Below are positions 27,819 to 37,333 of a stretch of 60,137 bases of DNA, piece after piece. The notes beneath the pieces were generated by a model. It did no database searches. It had not been told where the DNA came from and was given only the letters and a program-made list of their open reading frames with translations. This DNA is from a virus (taxonomy: Duplodnaviria; Caudoviricetes): the IMG/VR virus record IMGVR_UViG_3300010291_000001, positions 1 through 60,137 of that record. The stretch is one strand, 5' to 3'. Within the stretch, counting starts at the first letter, position 1; every line of letters starts with the position of its first letter. Made by a program: the position numbers and the translations under genes.

Positions 27819-28700
27819 ATGGATAATGTTGGGGAATTGTTTGTAAGTGCAATTGCAAAAGAAGGCTCTGCCGCGATTGAGAAATTCAATCAGGGTATGC
27901 GCACGTGGGTCGAGACTGAGCTTATTGACAAGTCCATCCTGCGCAAGGTCCTGATGGTTTCGCATGAGCGTCCGGTGCCGGTGCCTGGCGGTCTCGGCTA
28001 CCCGTTCGGGAAGCTGGCCCCCAATGTCGACGGCGTTATGGTAACTGGTGAGTTTCCCAGCATAAAGCCGAGTATTGTCCGCCAGAGCGTCGTGCCTGCG
28101 GTTCTGATCAAGGTGCTCAACGGTCATGTCGCGGACATGGACGAGCTGCGCGCGGTTACGGACATGGGTGTCTGGATCCGCGGCAAGGTGACCGACGAGA
28201 TCGGTTTCCGGGAAAACCAGCTTCTAATGACCGCTCTTGTTGCGGCTCACGGCTCTCCGCAGTCCATCACCACGGCCAGCGGCAGCTTTGAGCCCTCTGC
28301 CGTACCGATAATCAAGAATCTGATTTCGACGAATGACCTGAAGGCTGCAACGATAATCATCAAAGAGAGTGATTATAACAACATCTCCAGCTGGGACAAT
28401 GTCAAGGCGTCGGATCAGAAGCTTGACAAGATATGGGACAAGGGCGAGCTGGCGGTAACCGAGTTTGCGGGATTGAACATAATCCCTCTCCAGGACCGCG
28501 TTTTCACGAAGGCCGGCTCTACGGCCGACGGTTACGTGCTGGCCCAGAAGGAATTCCTGGGCTTCCTGCTCGAGGGGACCCCGCTTTCGGTGGTTGCGGA
28601 AAAAGAGAAGAACCTGACCTACCTGTTCCACGCCGGCCAGAGCCTTGGCCTCGCGATCATGAACACCAACGCAGTGCGTGGCTTCACCATGACAAAGTGA
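27819..28700 (+). CDS. Major capsid protein
   Basis: 293 aa, strong AGGAGG RBS, last gene of the head operon before a terminator, HK97-like C-terminal LGLAIMN.NAV. Confidence 0.7.
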   Translation: MDNVGELFVSAIAKEGSAAIEKFNQGMRTWVETELIDKSILRKVLMVSHERPVPVPGGLGYPFGKLAPNVDGVMVTGEFPSIKPSIVRQSVVPAVLIKVLNGHVADMDELRAVTDMGVWIRGKVTDEIGFRENQLLMTALVAAHGSPQSITTASGSFEPSAVPIIKNLISTNDLKAATIIIKESDYNNISSWDNVKASDQKLDKIWDKGELAVTEFAGLNIIPLQDRVFTKAGSTADGYVLAQKEFLGFLLEGTPLSVVAEKEKNLTYLFHAGQSLGLAIMNTNAVRGFTMTK

Positions 28701-28742
28701 TAATACGGGCGCAACGCCCGTCTCTGTCCTCTCCTTTCGTGG

Positions 28743-28772
28743 ACTCCCGGTCGTATGGCCGGGAGTTTTTTT
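28743..28772 (+). terminator. Intrinsic terminator
   Basis: ACTCCCGGTC-GTAT-GGCCGGGAGT followed by a T-tract. Confidence 0.85.
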
Positions 28773-28781
28773 ATCTTCGGG

Positions 28782-28791
28782 TTATAATTTT
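28782..28791 (+). promoter_or_regulatory. Class B (late) promoter motif
   Basis: TTATAATTTT directly after the terminator. Confidence 0.75.
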
Positions 28792-28808
28792 ATGATGGAG
28801 GATCTACA

Positions 28809-29009
28809 ATGAAACGCATTTTATCGAAAGCGGTCAGCCCCTACGCGACCGTTCCCCTGGCGGCAATTCTGGGCACCGTCGCCATGCGCAACTACCTGCA
28901 GGCAAGGCGTATGCACGGGGCGCTCCAAGAACAGTCAAAGGTGCTTACACACCAGATGCTTACCAACCAATATTACAGGAATGTATTGCGGCAAATGATG
29001 GGCAGGTAA
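28809..29009 (+). CDS. Small membrane-anchored basic protein
   Basis: GGAGG RBS, hydrophobic helix followed by a basic tail. Confidence 0.6.
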   Translation: MKRILSKAVSPYATVPLAAILGTVAMRNYLQARRMHGALQEQSKVLTHQMLTNQYYRNVLRQMMGR

Positions 29010-29013
29010 GCCC

Positions 29014-29463
29014 ATGAACCGCGCTTCATATGTCAGTAACATACGCACCCTCCTACAGGACCAGGAGATATATAACGAGCTCCTGGGCGGCAAGGAGGAG
29101 CTTACGGACTCGGAAATAACCCTGGCCCTGATGATGGAGCTGGAATATTACAATAATGTTCCCCCGGCGCTCGACCAATACGAGCTGGAAGACTTCCCGG
29201 CGCCTTACCAGCTTATCAACGGTGCGGCGGGCAGGTCCCTGCTCTCCGTCTGTAACAGGCACGACAGGAATAGGCTGGAGTATAACGACGGCGGGGTAAG
29301 CGTCCGCGTCAACGACAAGGCGGACAGGTACAGGCCGATGGCCGCCGCCATGCTCCAGGAATGGAGAGAGTTCGTGCTGAGACACAAGGTAAGCAGGAAC
29401 ATGGCCGGGTTTACTGATACGTATTCGCCTATGGGTCGCGGTAGAGGGACTTATGACATTTAA
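29014..29463 (+). CDS. Putative head-tail adaptor
   Basis: Post-capsid position; N.LEYNDGGVSV..NDK...Y pattern. Confidence 0.6.
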   Translation: MNRASYVSNIRTLLQDQEIYNELLGGKEELTDSEITLALMMELEYYNNVPPALDQYELEDFPAPYQLINGAAGRSLLSVCNRHDRNRLEYNDGGVSVRVNDKADRYRPMAAAMLQEWREFVLRHKVSRNMAGFTDTYSPMGRGRGTYDI

Positions 29464-30229
29464 GTCCGAAATCAAGATTAACAAAATAACAACGGAGTTT
29501 TTCGGGCCCGACTTTATCGAAGTATCGTGGGACGTACAGCCGATCAACCCGTCCGGTGTTTACTTGTTTAATGTTTACAGGTCCGCCGCCAACTCGATAG
29601 GCTCGGCGCAGCTGGCAAGCCAGCTACAAACGTCAAACCAGTTCCTGGACTACGGGGTCAGGCGAAGGGAAGGGATTTGCGATATTTGGTATTGGGTGTC
29701 GGTTCTGAAACAGGGTGTTTCAGGAGAAGACGTTTACGGCCCGAAACACTTCGGGTTGGCTGTAGACCCCAAAGCTGAAAAGATACGCAGGGACGAAGAC
29801 TTGATGTTGAGAAGGTTTATCAAAAACAAGTCTTACTTCCTTATCAAAAGACGTTTCGGCCAGCAATGCGTCTGTGCGAAAAACACCGTACCCGACCTTA
29901 GCTGTGAGATATGTTACGGAACCGGCTATGTCGGCGGGTATTATGATAAGATTGAGTCTTATGTTGGGTTGTCCATTCCGGCGAGTTACCATGACGACGC
30001 CTCGAGAATCACCGAGAAATTCGACGTCGTGAACGGCTGGACCACCTACGGGCCGTCCCTGCACGGTGGAGATTTGATATTCGTTGCGGCCAGGGATACG
30101 ATGTTTATAGTAAAGAACGTTAAGAAAACGGTACTGAACGGCTGCGTGTTACGCCAGATATTCGATATGGTTGAGATGCCCGCCGGGCATCCGGCGTATA
30201 AACTGTTAACGAATGTTACTATGGCGTGA
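29453..30229 (+). CDS. Putative neck/head-closure protein
   Basis: FN3-like N-terminus; G..C.C...C..CYGTGYVGGY. Confidence 0.6.
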   Translation: MTFKSEIKINKITTEFFGPDFIEVSWDVQPINPSGVYLFNVYRSAANSIGSAQLASQLQTSNQFLDYGVRRREGICDIWYWVSVLKQGVSGEDVYGPKHFGLAVDPKAEKIRRDEDLMLRRFIKNKSYFLIKRRFGQQCVCAKNTVPDLSCEICYGTGYVGGYYDKIESYVGLSIPASYHDDASRITEKFDVVNGWTTYGPSLHGGDLIFVAARDTMFIVKNVKKTVLNGCVLRQIFDMVEMPAGHPAYKLLTNVTMA

Positions 30230-30245
30230 TATTTTGGCTGCGGGG

Positions 30246-30255
30246 TTATAATTTT
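30246..30255 (+). promoter_or_regulatory. Class B (late) promoter motif
   Basis: TTATAATTTT heading the small basic gene cluster. Confidence 0.75.
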
Positions 30256-30277
30256 ATAAGAGATAAAGGAGTTTACG

Positions 30278-30382
30278 ATGTTAAGCACACAGAGCCAATC
30301 TGCCGTATTCGGGTTAAAAGAAATACGGAATGCCATGAGTCCGTTCATGCGACTGATTGAGCGCATTGGGATGGTGATGTAA
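30278..30382 (+). CDS. 34-aa peptide
   Basis: AAGGAG RBS, TAATG coupling to the next gene. Confidence 0.5.
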   Translation: MLSTQSQSAVFGLKEIRNAMSPFMRLIERIGMVM

Positions 30383-30696
30383 TGAGCCCGGCATTCAAAA
30401 AGCTGGTCGCGCTCGTGTCAAAAGCAGACATGTCCAAAAGCGCCTTTGCGGCATCGGCGACTAAGGCTGTTGGCTGGCTGCCGAGGATTATGTCCAGTTT
30501 GCGTGGCGGAACGAAACATTTTGGACTTTATCTAGCCAGGGGATTTCCCAAACACGCCCGTAAGATTGGAAGGATTACCAGAGCGGCCGCGCAATACCCG
30601 TGGGCGGCTCCGGCTGGCCTGGCCGGCCTTGGCTTTTTAGGTGGCAGGTACATATTGCCTCGTCAAAGAGACGTACGTTTTATAAGTCTGAGGTAA
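30382..30696 (+). CDS. Basic Gly/Ala-rich membrane-type protein
   Basis: KSAF motif, AGLAGLGFLGG. Confidence 0.6.
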   Translation: MSPAFKKLVALVSKADMSKSAFAASATKAVGWLPRIMSSLRGGTKHFGLYLARGFPKHARKIGRITRAAAQYPWAAPAGLAGLGFLGGRYILPRQRDVRFISLR

Positions 30697-30700
30697 AATA

Positions 30701-30895
30701 ATGAGCTTGGCGCTCCAGAACATTCTACGGAGGGGCAGGAGGCTCGCGAGCTTTCCGCTTCGTAAGGCGATGCAGGCCACACAGCTTACCGTCGGCCCCT
30801 GGTATAGAGGGCTGAGGCCAGGCATGGCGTGGGGATGGGGAGCAGCGATCAAAAACCTGGTGAAGCCCATCACCAGAAGACCAATAGTACCGTAA
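30701..30895 (+). CDS. Small cationic peptide
   Basis: 64 aa with no acidic residue; GAGG RBS. Confidence 0.55.
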   Translation: MSLALQNILRRGRRLASFPLRKAMQATQLTVGPWYRGLRPGMAWGWGAAIKNLVKPITRRPIVP

Positions 30896-30904
30896 GGATC
30901 TTAT

Positions 30905-31390
30905 ATGAAGAGCGAAAAAATGAAAGCGTTGGTAAGCGGTATAAAAAGAATGGCGCAATGGATTGCCGATCCTAAACGCGCCGCTCCGCTGCTTGCCGCG
31001 ATACCGGCCGTCGGAGCCGGCGTTCGTCTGGTTACCTCCAAAGAGGACGGGCCGATTTCACTTGATGACCTTATGCGCACGGCCCTCGTAACGGGCGCCC
31101 TGGCGTCTCCCGGCCTGATATGGACTGCGAGACAGTATGGTCGTGGGATAAGCAGCGCGGAAGATCTGTCAAAAAAGGTGAAAGGCGTCTTGGGGACCAG
31201 CGAAAAGACCCTTGAGGTCGCAAAGGGACTCGGCCAGCGCCTTCTGAAGCTTGTATCGGATGTCAACCCGCAGAGGGTTGCGGAAAGAACGGCAAGGCTG
31301 AGCGCCATAGGCCTCCCCATGGCTGCGGCCACGTATCTTGGCTTGAAGCACGGAATAAGGGGACGGCGCAGGAGGAAGATCAATGAGTAA
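30905..31390 (+). CDS. Basic glycine-zipper-like protein
   Basis: Three hydrophobic segments; RGRRRRK tail. Confidence 0.6.
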   Translation: MKSEKMKALVSGIKRMAQWIADPKRAAPLLAAIPAVGAGVRLVTSKEDGPISLDDLMRTALVTGALASPGLIWTARQYGRGISSAEDLSKKVKGVLGTSEKTLEVAKGLGQRLLKLVSDVNPQRVAERTARLSAIGLPMAAATYLGLKHGIRGRRRRKINE

Positions 31391-31589
31391 GAGCAAAAAA
31401 AGCAAAGCATTGAAATATGGAGCTGTCGGCGCCGGACTCGGCGCTGCCGGGCTTGGCGGGATGTATGCTGCTACAGGGCAGATTCCAGGCTATCAGTCGA
31501 TGGTCAAGCTCCGCACCATGACAAAGAACCAAATGATCGCGGGTATAAAAAAGCTTACCGAGTTGGTCCGTAGAATAAAGGGGAAGTAA
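31383..31589 (+). CDS. Glycine-zipper cationic peptide
   Basis: GAVGAGLGAAGLGG; C-terminal AGIKKLTELVRRIKGK. Confidence 0.6.
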   Translation: MSKSKKSKALKYGAVGAGLGAAGLGGMYAATGQIPGYQSMVKLRTMTKNQMIAGIKKLTELVRRIKGK

Positions 31590-31590
31590 A

Positions 31591-31995
31591 ATGGCTAAAA
31601 AAGAGAGGCCTGGATTTTTCTCGCCCGGACACGGGCTTGGCTTGCCGGCAAAAGACGAGATTTCATATCTGAAACGCATAATGCCGGCGGCTGGGCTTGC
31701 CGGCCTGCTTGTCGGCACCGGCGCAGCGCCAGCAGCATTATTGCCGGCCGCCTATATTGGCGTGAAGGGCTTTGGGCAGCTTGGTCGTGGATATGAAAGG
31801 CGTAGGGAAGAGAACCGCGGGCCCGCTAGCGCAATGATTGGGTCGTATGGCCGCTTCAGCATCCCGCTTGCGGTTCCGGTGACGCTAGCGGGCCGTCTCG
31901 GCATCAGTGCCGGTCAGCGGCTTATGGAAAGCTCAAAAGCTCAGGCTGGAATAAGGCGCCTTGTGGAGGCCATCCGCAAAATCAAAGGCAAATGA
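31591..31995 (+). CDS. Glycine-zipper cationic protein
   Basis: AAGLAGLLVG; C-terminal AGIRRLVEAIRKIKGK. Confidence 0.6.
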   Translation: MAKKERPGFFSPGHGLGLPAKDEISYLKRIMPAAGLAGLLVGTGAAPAALLPAAYIGVKGFGQLGRGYERRREENRGPASAMIGSYGRFSIPLAVPVTLAGRLGISAGQRLMESSKAQAGIRRLVEAIRKIKGK

Positions 31996-32558
31996 TCCGC
32001 AGGTTAATACTTAACCCGCTTGTAGACGAAATAAAAAAACTGGGAGACGCGAACGTTGACGTTGAGGGGCTCGGCAGCAACCCGCTTGGAGACGCGGTTA
32101 TCACCGTAGCCAATCCGTTCGAAGAGCGCCCCCAGGCGGCTAAAACTGTTATCCTGGACTGTCTCAGGTGGGGCCCGGACCGCGGAACGATCTCGGCGTC
32201 GGATAGCCCGACCTGGATAGGCGGCGGCAGGGACATCAACAGGCTGCTCATGGCCGGCCTGCTTCTATCCGCCAGAGCTCAGCAGAGATGGACTGCGTCA
32301 AGTATGCTGTCCGTCCTGTTTTTGTTTTTCAGCGAGTTTCACGACGTTATAGGCCGTAACACCGGAATAAGCACGAGTGTAAGGGAAATCGTGGAGCCCA
32401 GACTGGCCCAGCAGGCCCAGAATATGTACGAGGGCTCCATGGTGATTGACTCAGCCATACCCATAAACGTTGTCAGAACCCAGACCGTTGATAACGTCAA
32501 CGCCATCAGGGCCGTTCTACGCGGTGCGGATGTCTCCCAAAATGTTAATATTGGGTAA
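31992..32558 (+). CDS. Putative tail terminator/completion protein
   Basis: Position before the sheath gene; 188 aa. Confidence 0.4.
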   Translation: MIRRLILNPLVDEIKKLGDANVDVEGLGSNPLGDAVITVANPFEERPQAAKTVILDCLRWGPDRGTISASDSPTWIGGGRDINRLLMAGLLLSARAQQRWTASSMLSVLFLFFSEFHDVIGRNTGISTSVREIVEPRLAQQAQNMYEGSMVIDSAIPINVVRTQTVDNVNAIRAVLRGADVSQNVNIG

Positions 32559-32584
32559 GGTCGGCTTTATTCCGCACGCCCGGG

Positions 32585-32594
32585 TTATAATTTT
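32585..32594 (+). promoter_or_regulatory. Class B (late) promoter motif
   Basis: TTATAATTTT upstream of the sheath gene. Confidence 0.75.
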
Positions 32595-32618
32595 ATAGGT
32601 AGATTAAGGGAGCAAACG

Positions 32619-35027
32619 ATGCCCACGCAAATATATCCGCCCAGGGCCGTAGTAAGACAGGAAGTGGTCGGCACGTCGATACCGATGGAGCTGCCCTCCC
32701 AGCCGGTCATTCTGGTCGGCCCGAACAACCAGGTTGTCTACAGGAAACTCGGCGACGAGGAATATACCGGCACGAGCATGACTTTATCCTATCCCGGCCT
32801 TGTTGCCGGGTCGTCCGTAAACACCGGCACGGTAGGCGTTTGGGCTTATTTCGCCGACACGAACGGCGTTTACCGTGTTTATGACGTTCTCGGATCGGTC
32901 ACCCCCCTTGCCGGCGGCATAACAGTACCGTCTTCCCTTAACGTCGAATGGGCCGTCGAAGACGGAGTTTCCGGCAGGATATCTTCAATTAATTACGCGC
33001 CGACTGCGGGAAAGTACTACCAGTTGTACGATGGAACGGCCTCGGGTAGTGTAATCGTCGTAACCGGTGACGTTGAGAGCGAGTTCAAGACGGGCTCGAC
33101 GATTTTTAATCCATTTATTTATGTTACGACCGGATCGTACACCGGTTTTCTCAAGATAACGGACGTGTCAGTGTCCGGGGACACCACGCTCACGGTTGAA
33201 TGGGGCTCAGGCTTCGCAGGATTCGCGACGGGCGAGCCCGTGGAGTTTTACCCGGTACAATACAGCACGCTCAGGGAAGCCGACGTTGATTTCGGGAATG
33301 TTACGTACGATGACAGGCTGAACCTTGAGGAAGGCTACTACGCGGGCAACTATACGGTGCTCGGCAAGGGCGTGGATACGTCCGTATTCATTTATTTTGC
33401 GGGCGCCGTGTATCAATCGGCCCAGATGAGCATCAGCGGCCAGACAATTACCGTTACTAACGCGGGCTTTGATAACATTGTCAAGGTTGGAGACAGGCTC
33501 TGGGTAATAGACGCCACGGGCGCAAATACCTCTTCGTTCAGGGTTATTAAGGTAACCCCGGAGACTATTACGGTAGACGGCAGCATATCCTCGGTATCAA
33601 ACGCCCACTTCCTTGTGGGGAGGTATCTACAGACCTCTACAGCCCTCTCCTACGCAGTTTACCATACTGCGGCTATAGGCAGTGCCGAATTGCCGTCTTC
33701 GCGCTTCCTGGTGAGCTACAGAGCGCTCAGGACAGACGGCGCGAACGTTCTTTATGAAGCCAGCTCGATTCAGGACGCATATGACGATCTCGGCCTGGCG
33801 ATACCGGAGAACCCGCTCGGGCTTGCTGTTAACATTGCAATATCTTCGACTGGCGGATACCCGGTTTATTACATGAAAATAGCGTCGGACGATGCAAACG
33901 GATATAATGACGCAATTACGACACTTGAGGGTCTCAGCGGGCCGTATTACCTTGTTCCGCTTACCCACTCCCCGACGGTACACGCTGCGGTCAAGCAGCA
34001 CGTCGACGTTATGTCAAACGACGACAACCAGGTTGAGCGTATAGCGCTCATAAACCGCGTGCTGTACGTATACGACGCCCGCGAAAGCGGAACGACAAAC
34101 GGCACGTTTGACAGCTCCACTGTGTTCCGCGTTGCCGGCACGGATATCACGGGAAGCGTTTCCATGGGTAACATCCTGTATATATCCTACAATGACGCCG
34201 AGGGTTATCAGCAGACGGCAAGCCTGACCATCCAGGGTGCCGTTTTTACCGGTGGAAATACGGATATAACGCTTACCGGACCGTTTGCCGGCTGGGAGGC
34301 GTTCACGGGTTCGTCCAGGGTGTGGGAAGTCCGTACAGCGGCCCTGAGCAAAACGGGGCAGGCGGGCTATATTGCCGATTACGGCAGGTCATTCAAGCAT
34401 AAGCGTGTTACGCTTGTGTGGCCCGATTACGTCAAATACAACTACACGGTCAACGAGGCCGGCGACGACCCGTACCACGACACGTCAACCGTATATGAGG
34501 GTGCCGAGCTCGGCGGGTATTACGCCGCCGCGGAGGTTGCGGCCCTTGCGTCAAGCCGTTCGGATCCGAGCAGGCCGATGAACAAGGTGCAGTTGAGCTC
34601 GTTCAGCGGCGCCCTGCACGCAAACGGCTATTTTACGCCATACCAGCTCAACGTCATGGCTGCCGGCGGCGTGATGATACTCGTGTCCGAAACCGACGAG
34701 GGTCCCCTGCAGATACGGGACCAGCTTACAACCGATACGTCCGTCGAAGAGACGATACAGTTCAGCTCCGTTACCGCGCTTGACTACGGCGCCAAGATGC
34801 TCAGGTCCGTCCTGACGAAGCTTACCGGAGTATACAAGCAGGACGAGGATTTCTTCAGCAAGCTGAACATGTACATCAACGGCGTGGTTGAGCAGCTCGT
34901 GAACAGCAAGATATGGAAAAACGCCAGGATACTCACGATAAAGCCGGTCGGCTCCACGGTGTACGTGACGATCGCGGTGACGCTGTACGACGTGGCCAAG
35001 ACCATCGACATAACGCTGAAAGTATAA
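32619..35027 (+). CDS. Contractile tail sheath protein
   Basis: 802 aa; YY.VPLT, HV..MS....ER, GYYAAA..A, QLN.MA.GG, IRDQLTTD.S, S....DY.AK.LR. Confidence 0.85.
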   Translation: MPTQIYPPRAVVRQEVVGTSIPMELPSQPVILVGPNNQVVYRKLGDEEYTGTSMTLSYPGLVAGSSVNTGTVGVWAYFADTNGVYRVYDVLGSVTPLAGGITVPSSLNVEWAVEDGVSGRISSINYAPTAGKYYQLYDGTASGSVIVVTGDVESEFKTGSTIFNPFIYVTTGSYTGFLKITDVSVSGDTTLTVEWGSGFAGFATGEPVEFYPVQYSTLREADVDFGNVTYDDRLNLEEGYYAGNYTVLGKGVDTSVFIYFAGAVYQSAQMSISGQTITVTNAGFDNIVKVGDRLWVIDATGANTSSFRVIKVTPETITVDGSISSVSNAHFLVGRYLQTSTALSYAVYHTAAIGSAELPSSRFLVSYRALRTDGANVLYEASSIQDAYDDLGLAIPENPLGLAVNIAISSTGGYPVYYMKIASDDANGYNDAITTLEGLSGPYYLVPLTHSPTVHAAVKQHVDVMSNDDNQVERIALINRVLYVYDARESGTTNGTFDSSTVFRVAGTDITGSVSMGNILYISYNDAEGYQQTASLTIQGAVFTGGNTDITLTGPFAGWEAFTGSSRVWEVRTAALSKTGQAGYIADYGRSFKHKRVTLVWPDYVKYNYTVNEAGDDPYHDTSTVYEGAELGGYYAAAEVAALASSRSDPSRPMNKVQLSSFSGALHANGYFTPYQLNVMAAGGVMILVSETDEGPLQIRDQLTTDTSVEETIQFSSVTALDYGAKMLRSVLTKLTGVYKQDEDFFSKLNMYINGVVEQLVNSKIWKNARILTIKPVGSTVYVTIAVTLYDVAKTIDITLKV

Positions 35028-35038
35028 AGGAGCAGAAC

Positions 35039-35716
35039 ATGCCGGACCTTTCGGATAAACTCGGAGATATAGGACTGGAAATAGAAAACCTGCGGGCCGC
35101 AACGGCTACCGGGCAGATATATTCTGCCAAGGAAAGCCAGATATACGCAGCCCCGCCCAGGTTTTCGATGCTGGCCGGCGGTTCAAGACTGTACCCGATA
35201 GTTAGCGTCGACGTCCTTCGCATAGACCAACAGGCTGCAGTCAACAGCTCGGCAGGCATAGGCTCGCCGCTTGTTACCTGGAACGCAAGGTCGTCCGTTG
35301 CTGCGGGGTTCGGCAGGGGGGTGTTCAATGTACCGTCCCTCATGCGCGCCCTGTACGCGTACTACCCCATGTCCAGCATAGGACAGCAGATAGCGGACCT
35401 GTCACAGTACGAGCTGAGATCGTTCAACGTGGAACCAAACAGGGCGGTGACGTTCCCGCAGCTGGAAAACCTCAGCCTTGAGAAATCCCCCGGGTACAAG
35501 AACCTTGCGTTGAACATGGAGGCCAGCCTGGTCGACTATCCGTTCGGGCTGCTGGTTGTGTTCAAAACCCAAAACCTGGACCAGGGCAGCATTGTCGGGT
35601 ACTTCCTCAGCGAAGCAAGAATCAGAGCGCTCAGCCTGCAGATAGCGGGACCGTCCACGCTCGTCTCGGAAGAGGTTTCGGCAGTAGCGACGGCGTTCCA
35701 CCCGGTAGCCATGTAA
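35039..35716 (+). CDS. Putative tail tube protein
   Basis: Directly after the sheath gene, AAGGAG RBS, IGS motif, beta-rich C-terminus. Confidence 0.55.
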   Translation: MPDLSDKLGDIGLEIENLRAATATGQIYSAKESQIYAAPPRFSMLAGGSRLYPIVSVDVLRIDQQAAVNSSAGIGSPLVTWNARSSVAAGFGRGVFNVPSLMRALYAYYPMSSIGQQIADLSQYELRSFNVEPNRAVTFPQLENLSLEKSPGYKNLALNMEASLVDYPFGLLVVFKTQNLDQGSIVGYFLSEARIRALSLQIAGPSTLVSEEVSAVATAFHPVAM

Positions 35717-35733
35717 ACAGACAGACAAAACAT

Positions 35734-35769
35734 AAAAAAATGGGGGCCGTAATGGCCCCCTTTTTATTT
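35734..35769. terminator. Bidirectional intrinsic terminator
   Basis: A7-GGGGGCC-GTAAT-GGCCCCC-T5 between convergent genes. Confidence 0.85.
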
Positions 35770-37246
35770 ACACCTTGAAGCCTATTTTTCTTTTCTCTTG
35801 TTTCACGGCGCCGGACTGGGCGCTGCAGGCCCACAGCCTGGCCCACTCGCGCATATGGCGTATCTGGTCCTCGCGGGCCCGCGATATTCTTATCACGTAC
35901 TTTTCCGCCTCCTGGAGCGTGTCGAACGCCCTGGAAAGCCTCGCCAGATTGCGTATCTCGGCGCCGGTCATGTCGCGGATGACCTTTTTGTCCGGCTTGT
36001 GTGTGACCTTGAAGTAGTCGAACCATAGCTCGGCTATCCTCATCGCCTCCTCGTCCGACGGCATGTCGATGAAGAAGATCGAGTCCCACCTTTCAGCCCG
36101 TATGAATTCCGGCGGGAGGGCGTTGATGTTATTGGAGGTGGCAACCACGTAGCTGCCGTTCTTCCTGTCGCTCAGCCACTTCAAGAATTGGGAGAAGGTT
36201 CTGCTCCCCGTCCCCCCGTCGGTCATATTGCTGCTCGCCATTCCGCCGACGCTCTTCTCGATCTCGTCGATGAACACGACGCAGTCTCCGACCGCATCAA
36301 GGGTTTCTATCGCGGCTTTCATTCTCGCTTCGGATTCGCCCACGAACCGGTTGAACACCCGATCCATGTAAAATGTTATCGTGGGTATCCCGAGCTCTTT
36401 GCCTAACGCCCGACTGAACGCGGACTTGCCGGTTCCGGGTATGCCTACCAGCAGAACTCCGCGGCTTTCGTCCAGCCTCGCTGTTTTTCTGACGAAGGTT
36501 TTCAGGGCCTCGAGCCCTACAATGTAGTCGAACGAGTCGACTTCCGTATATTCGTGCAGCTGCAGGACTTCCGAGTTGTTGAGCTTCGATCTCTTCATCT
36601 CGTGAAGATCTTCCGGGGTCTGGCATACCAATTCTGCTATTAGGAGTTCCTTGCGGTTCAGGCCCACGGAGGCTCCCGGGTGACCGAGGACGATACTATT
36701 TGTTTTGTTCTTGTTGAGCGACGCCAGCACGTCGTCCATCAACAAGGCGGTTTCATACTTGTCCGGAACCGGAATCTTTACCGATAGCGCGGAGCTGATT
36801 ATGTCCTGGGGCACGTTTTCACTGTAGCTGGCTTCCAGTATTATAGTAACCCCGGGCACCCTTTCGCCGTATATGGCCCGGATGTATGACAGGGCCGTCA
36901 GCACCGCCGGGTTAGGCGTTGTTGTTCCTGGTATGGATAGACACGAAAACGTCGGTATCACGAATATGCCCGTTACCGGCTGCTCAAACGCCTGGTCATA
37001 TATCATCCTAAACGCCATGGTCGGCTCGGTAATGCTGGTGCCGTCCGGCGCCTTTAATTCCTCTCCTGCGCTCTTGCCTGTCATGCACTTGATACCGTTC
37101 GTCGGCGACAGGGCGTAAATGTCCCTGTTAAGCACTACGTTATTTCTTTTTGCCTCGAACTCGAGATGTTTTACGGAGGCGTATATCTCAGGAGCGCGCG
37201 CAAGTATCACGTCTGCGCCGCGCATAATCAGGTCCAGTAGTTTCAT
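35768..37246 (-). CDS. AAA ATPase, Ycf46-like
   Basis: GLEALK, GIPGTGKS, FVGESE, FIDEIEK, ATSNNINALPPEFIRAERWD. Confidence 0.88.
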   Translation of the reverse strand: MKLLDLIMRGADVILARAPEIYASVKHLEFEAKRNNVVLNRDIYALSPTNGIKCMTGKSAGEELKAPDGTSITEPTMAFRMIYDQAFEQPVTGIFVIPTFSCLSIPGTTTPNPAVLTALSYIRAIYGERVPGVTIILEASYSENVPQDIISSALSVKIPVPDKYETALLMDDVLASLNKNKTNSIVLGHPGASVGLNRKELLIAELVCQTPEDLHEMKRSKLNNSEVLQLHEYTEVDSFDYIVGLEALKTFVRKTARLDESRGVLLVGIPGTGKSAFSRALGKELGIPTITFYMDRVFNRFVGESEARMKAAIETLDAVGDCVVFIDEIEKSVGGMASSNMTDGGTGSRTFSQFLKWLSDRKNGSYVVATSNNINALPPEFIRAERWDSIFFIDMPSDEEAMRIAELWFDYFKVTHKPDKKVIRDMTGAEIRNLARLSRAFDTLQEAEKYVIRISRAREDQIRHMREWARLWACSAQSGAVKQEKRKIGFKV

Positions 37247-37333
37247 CGCGCTCCTCCTTTACTGTTTTGTTTTGAGACAAGCAACACCGGAAAAACCTCT
37301 GGTATGTCCGCCCCCTGGACTCTTCTGCCTTCT

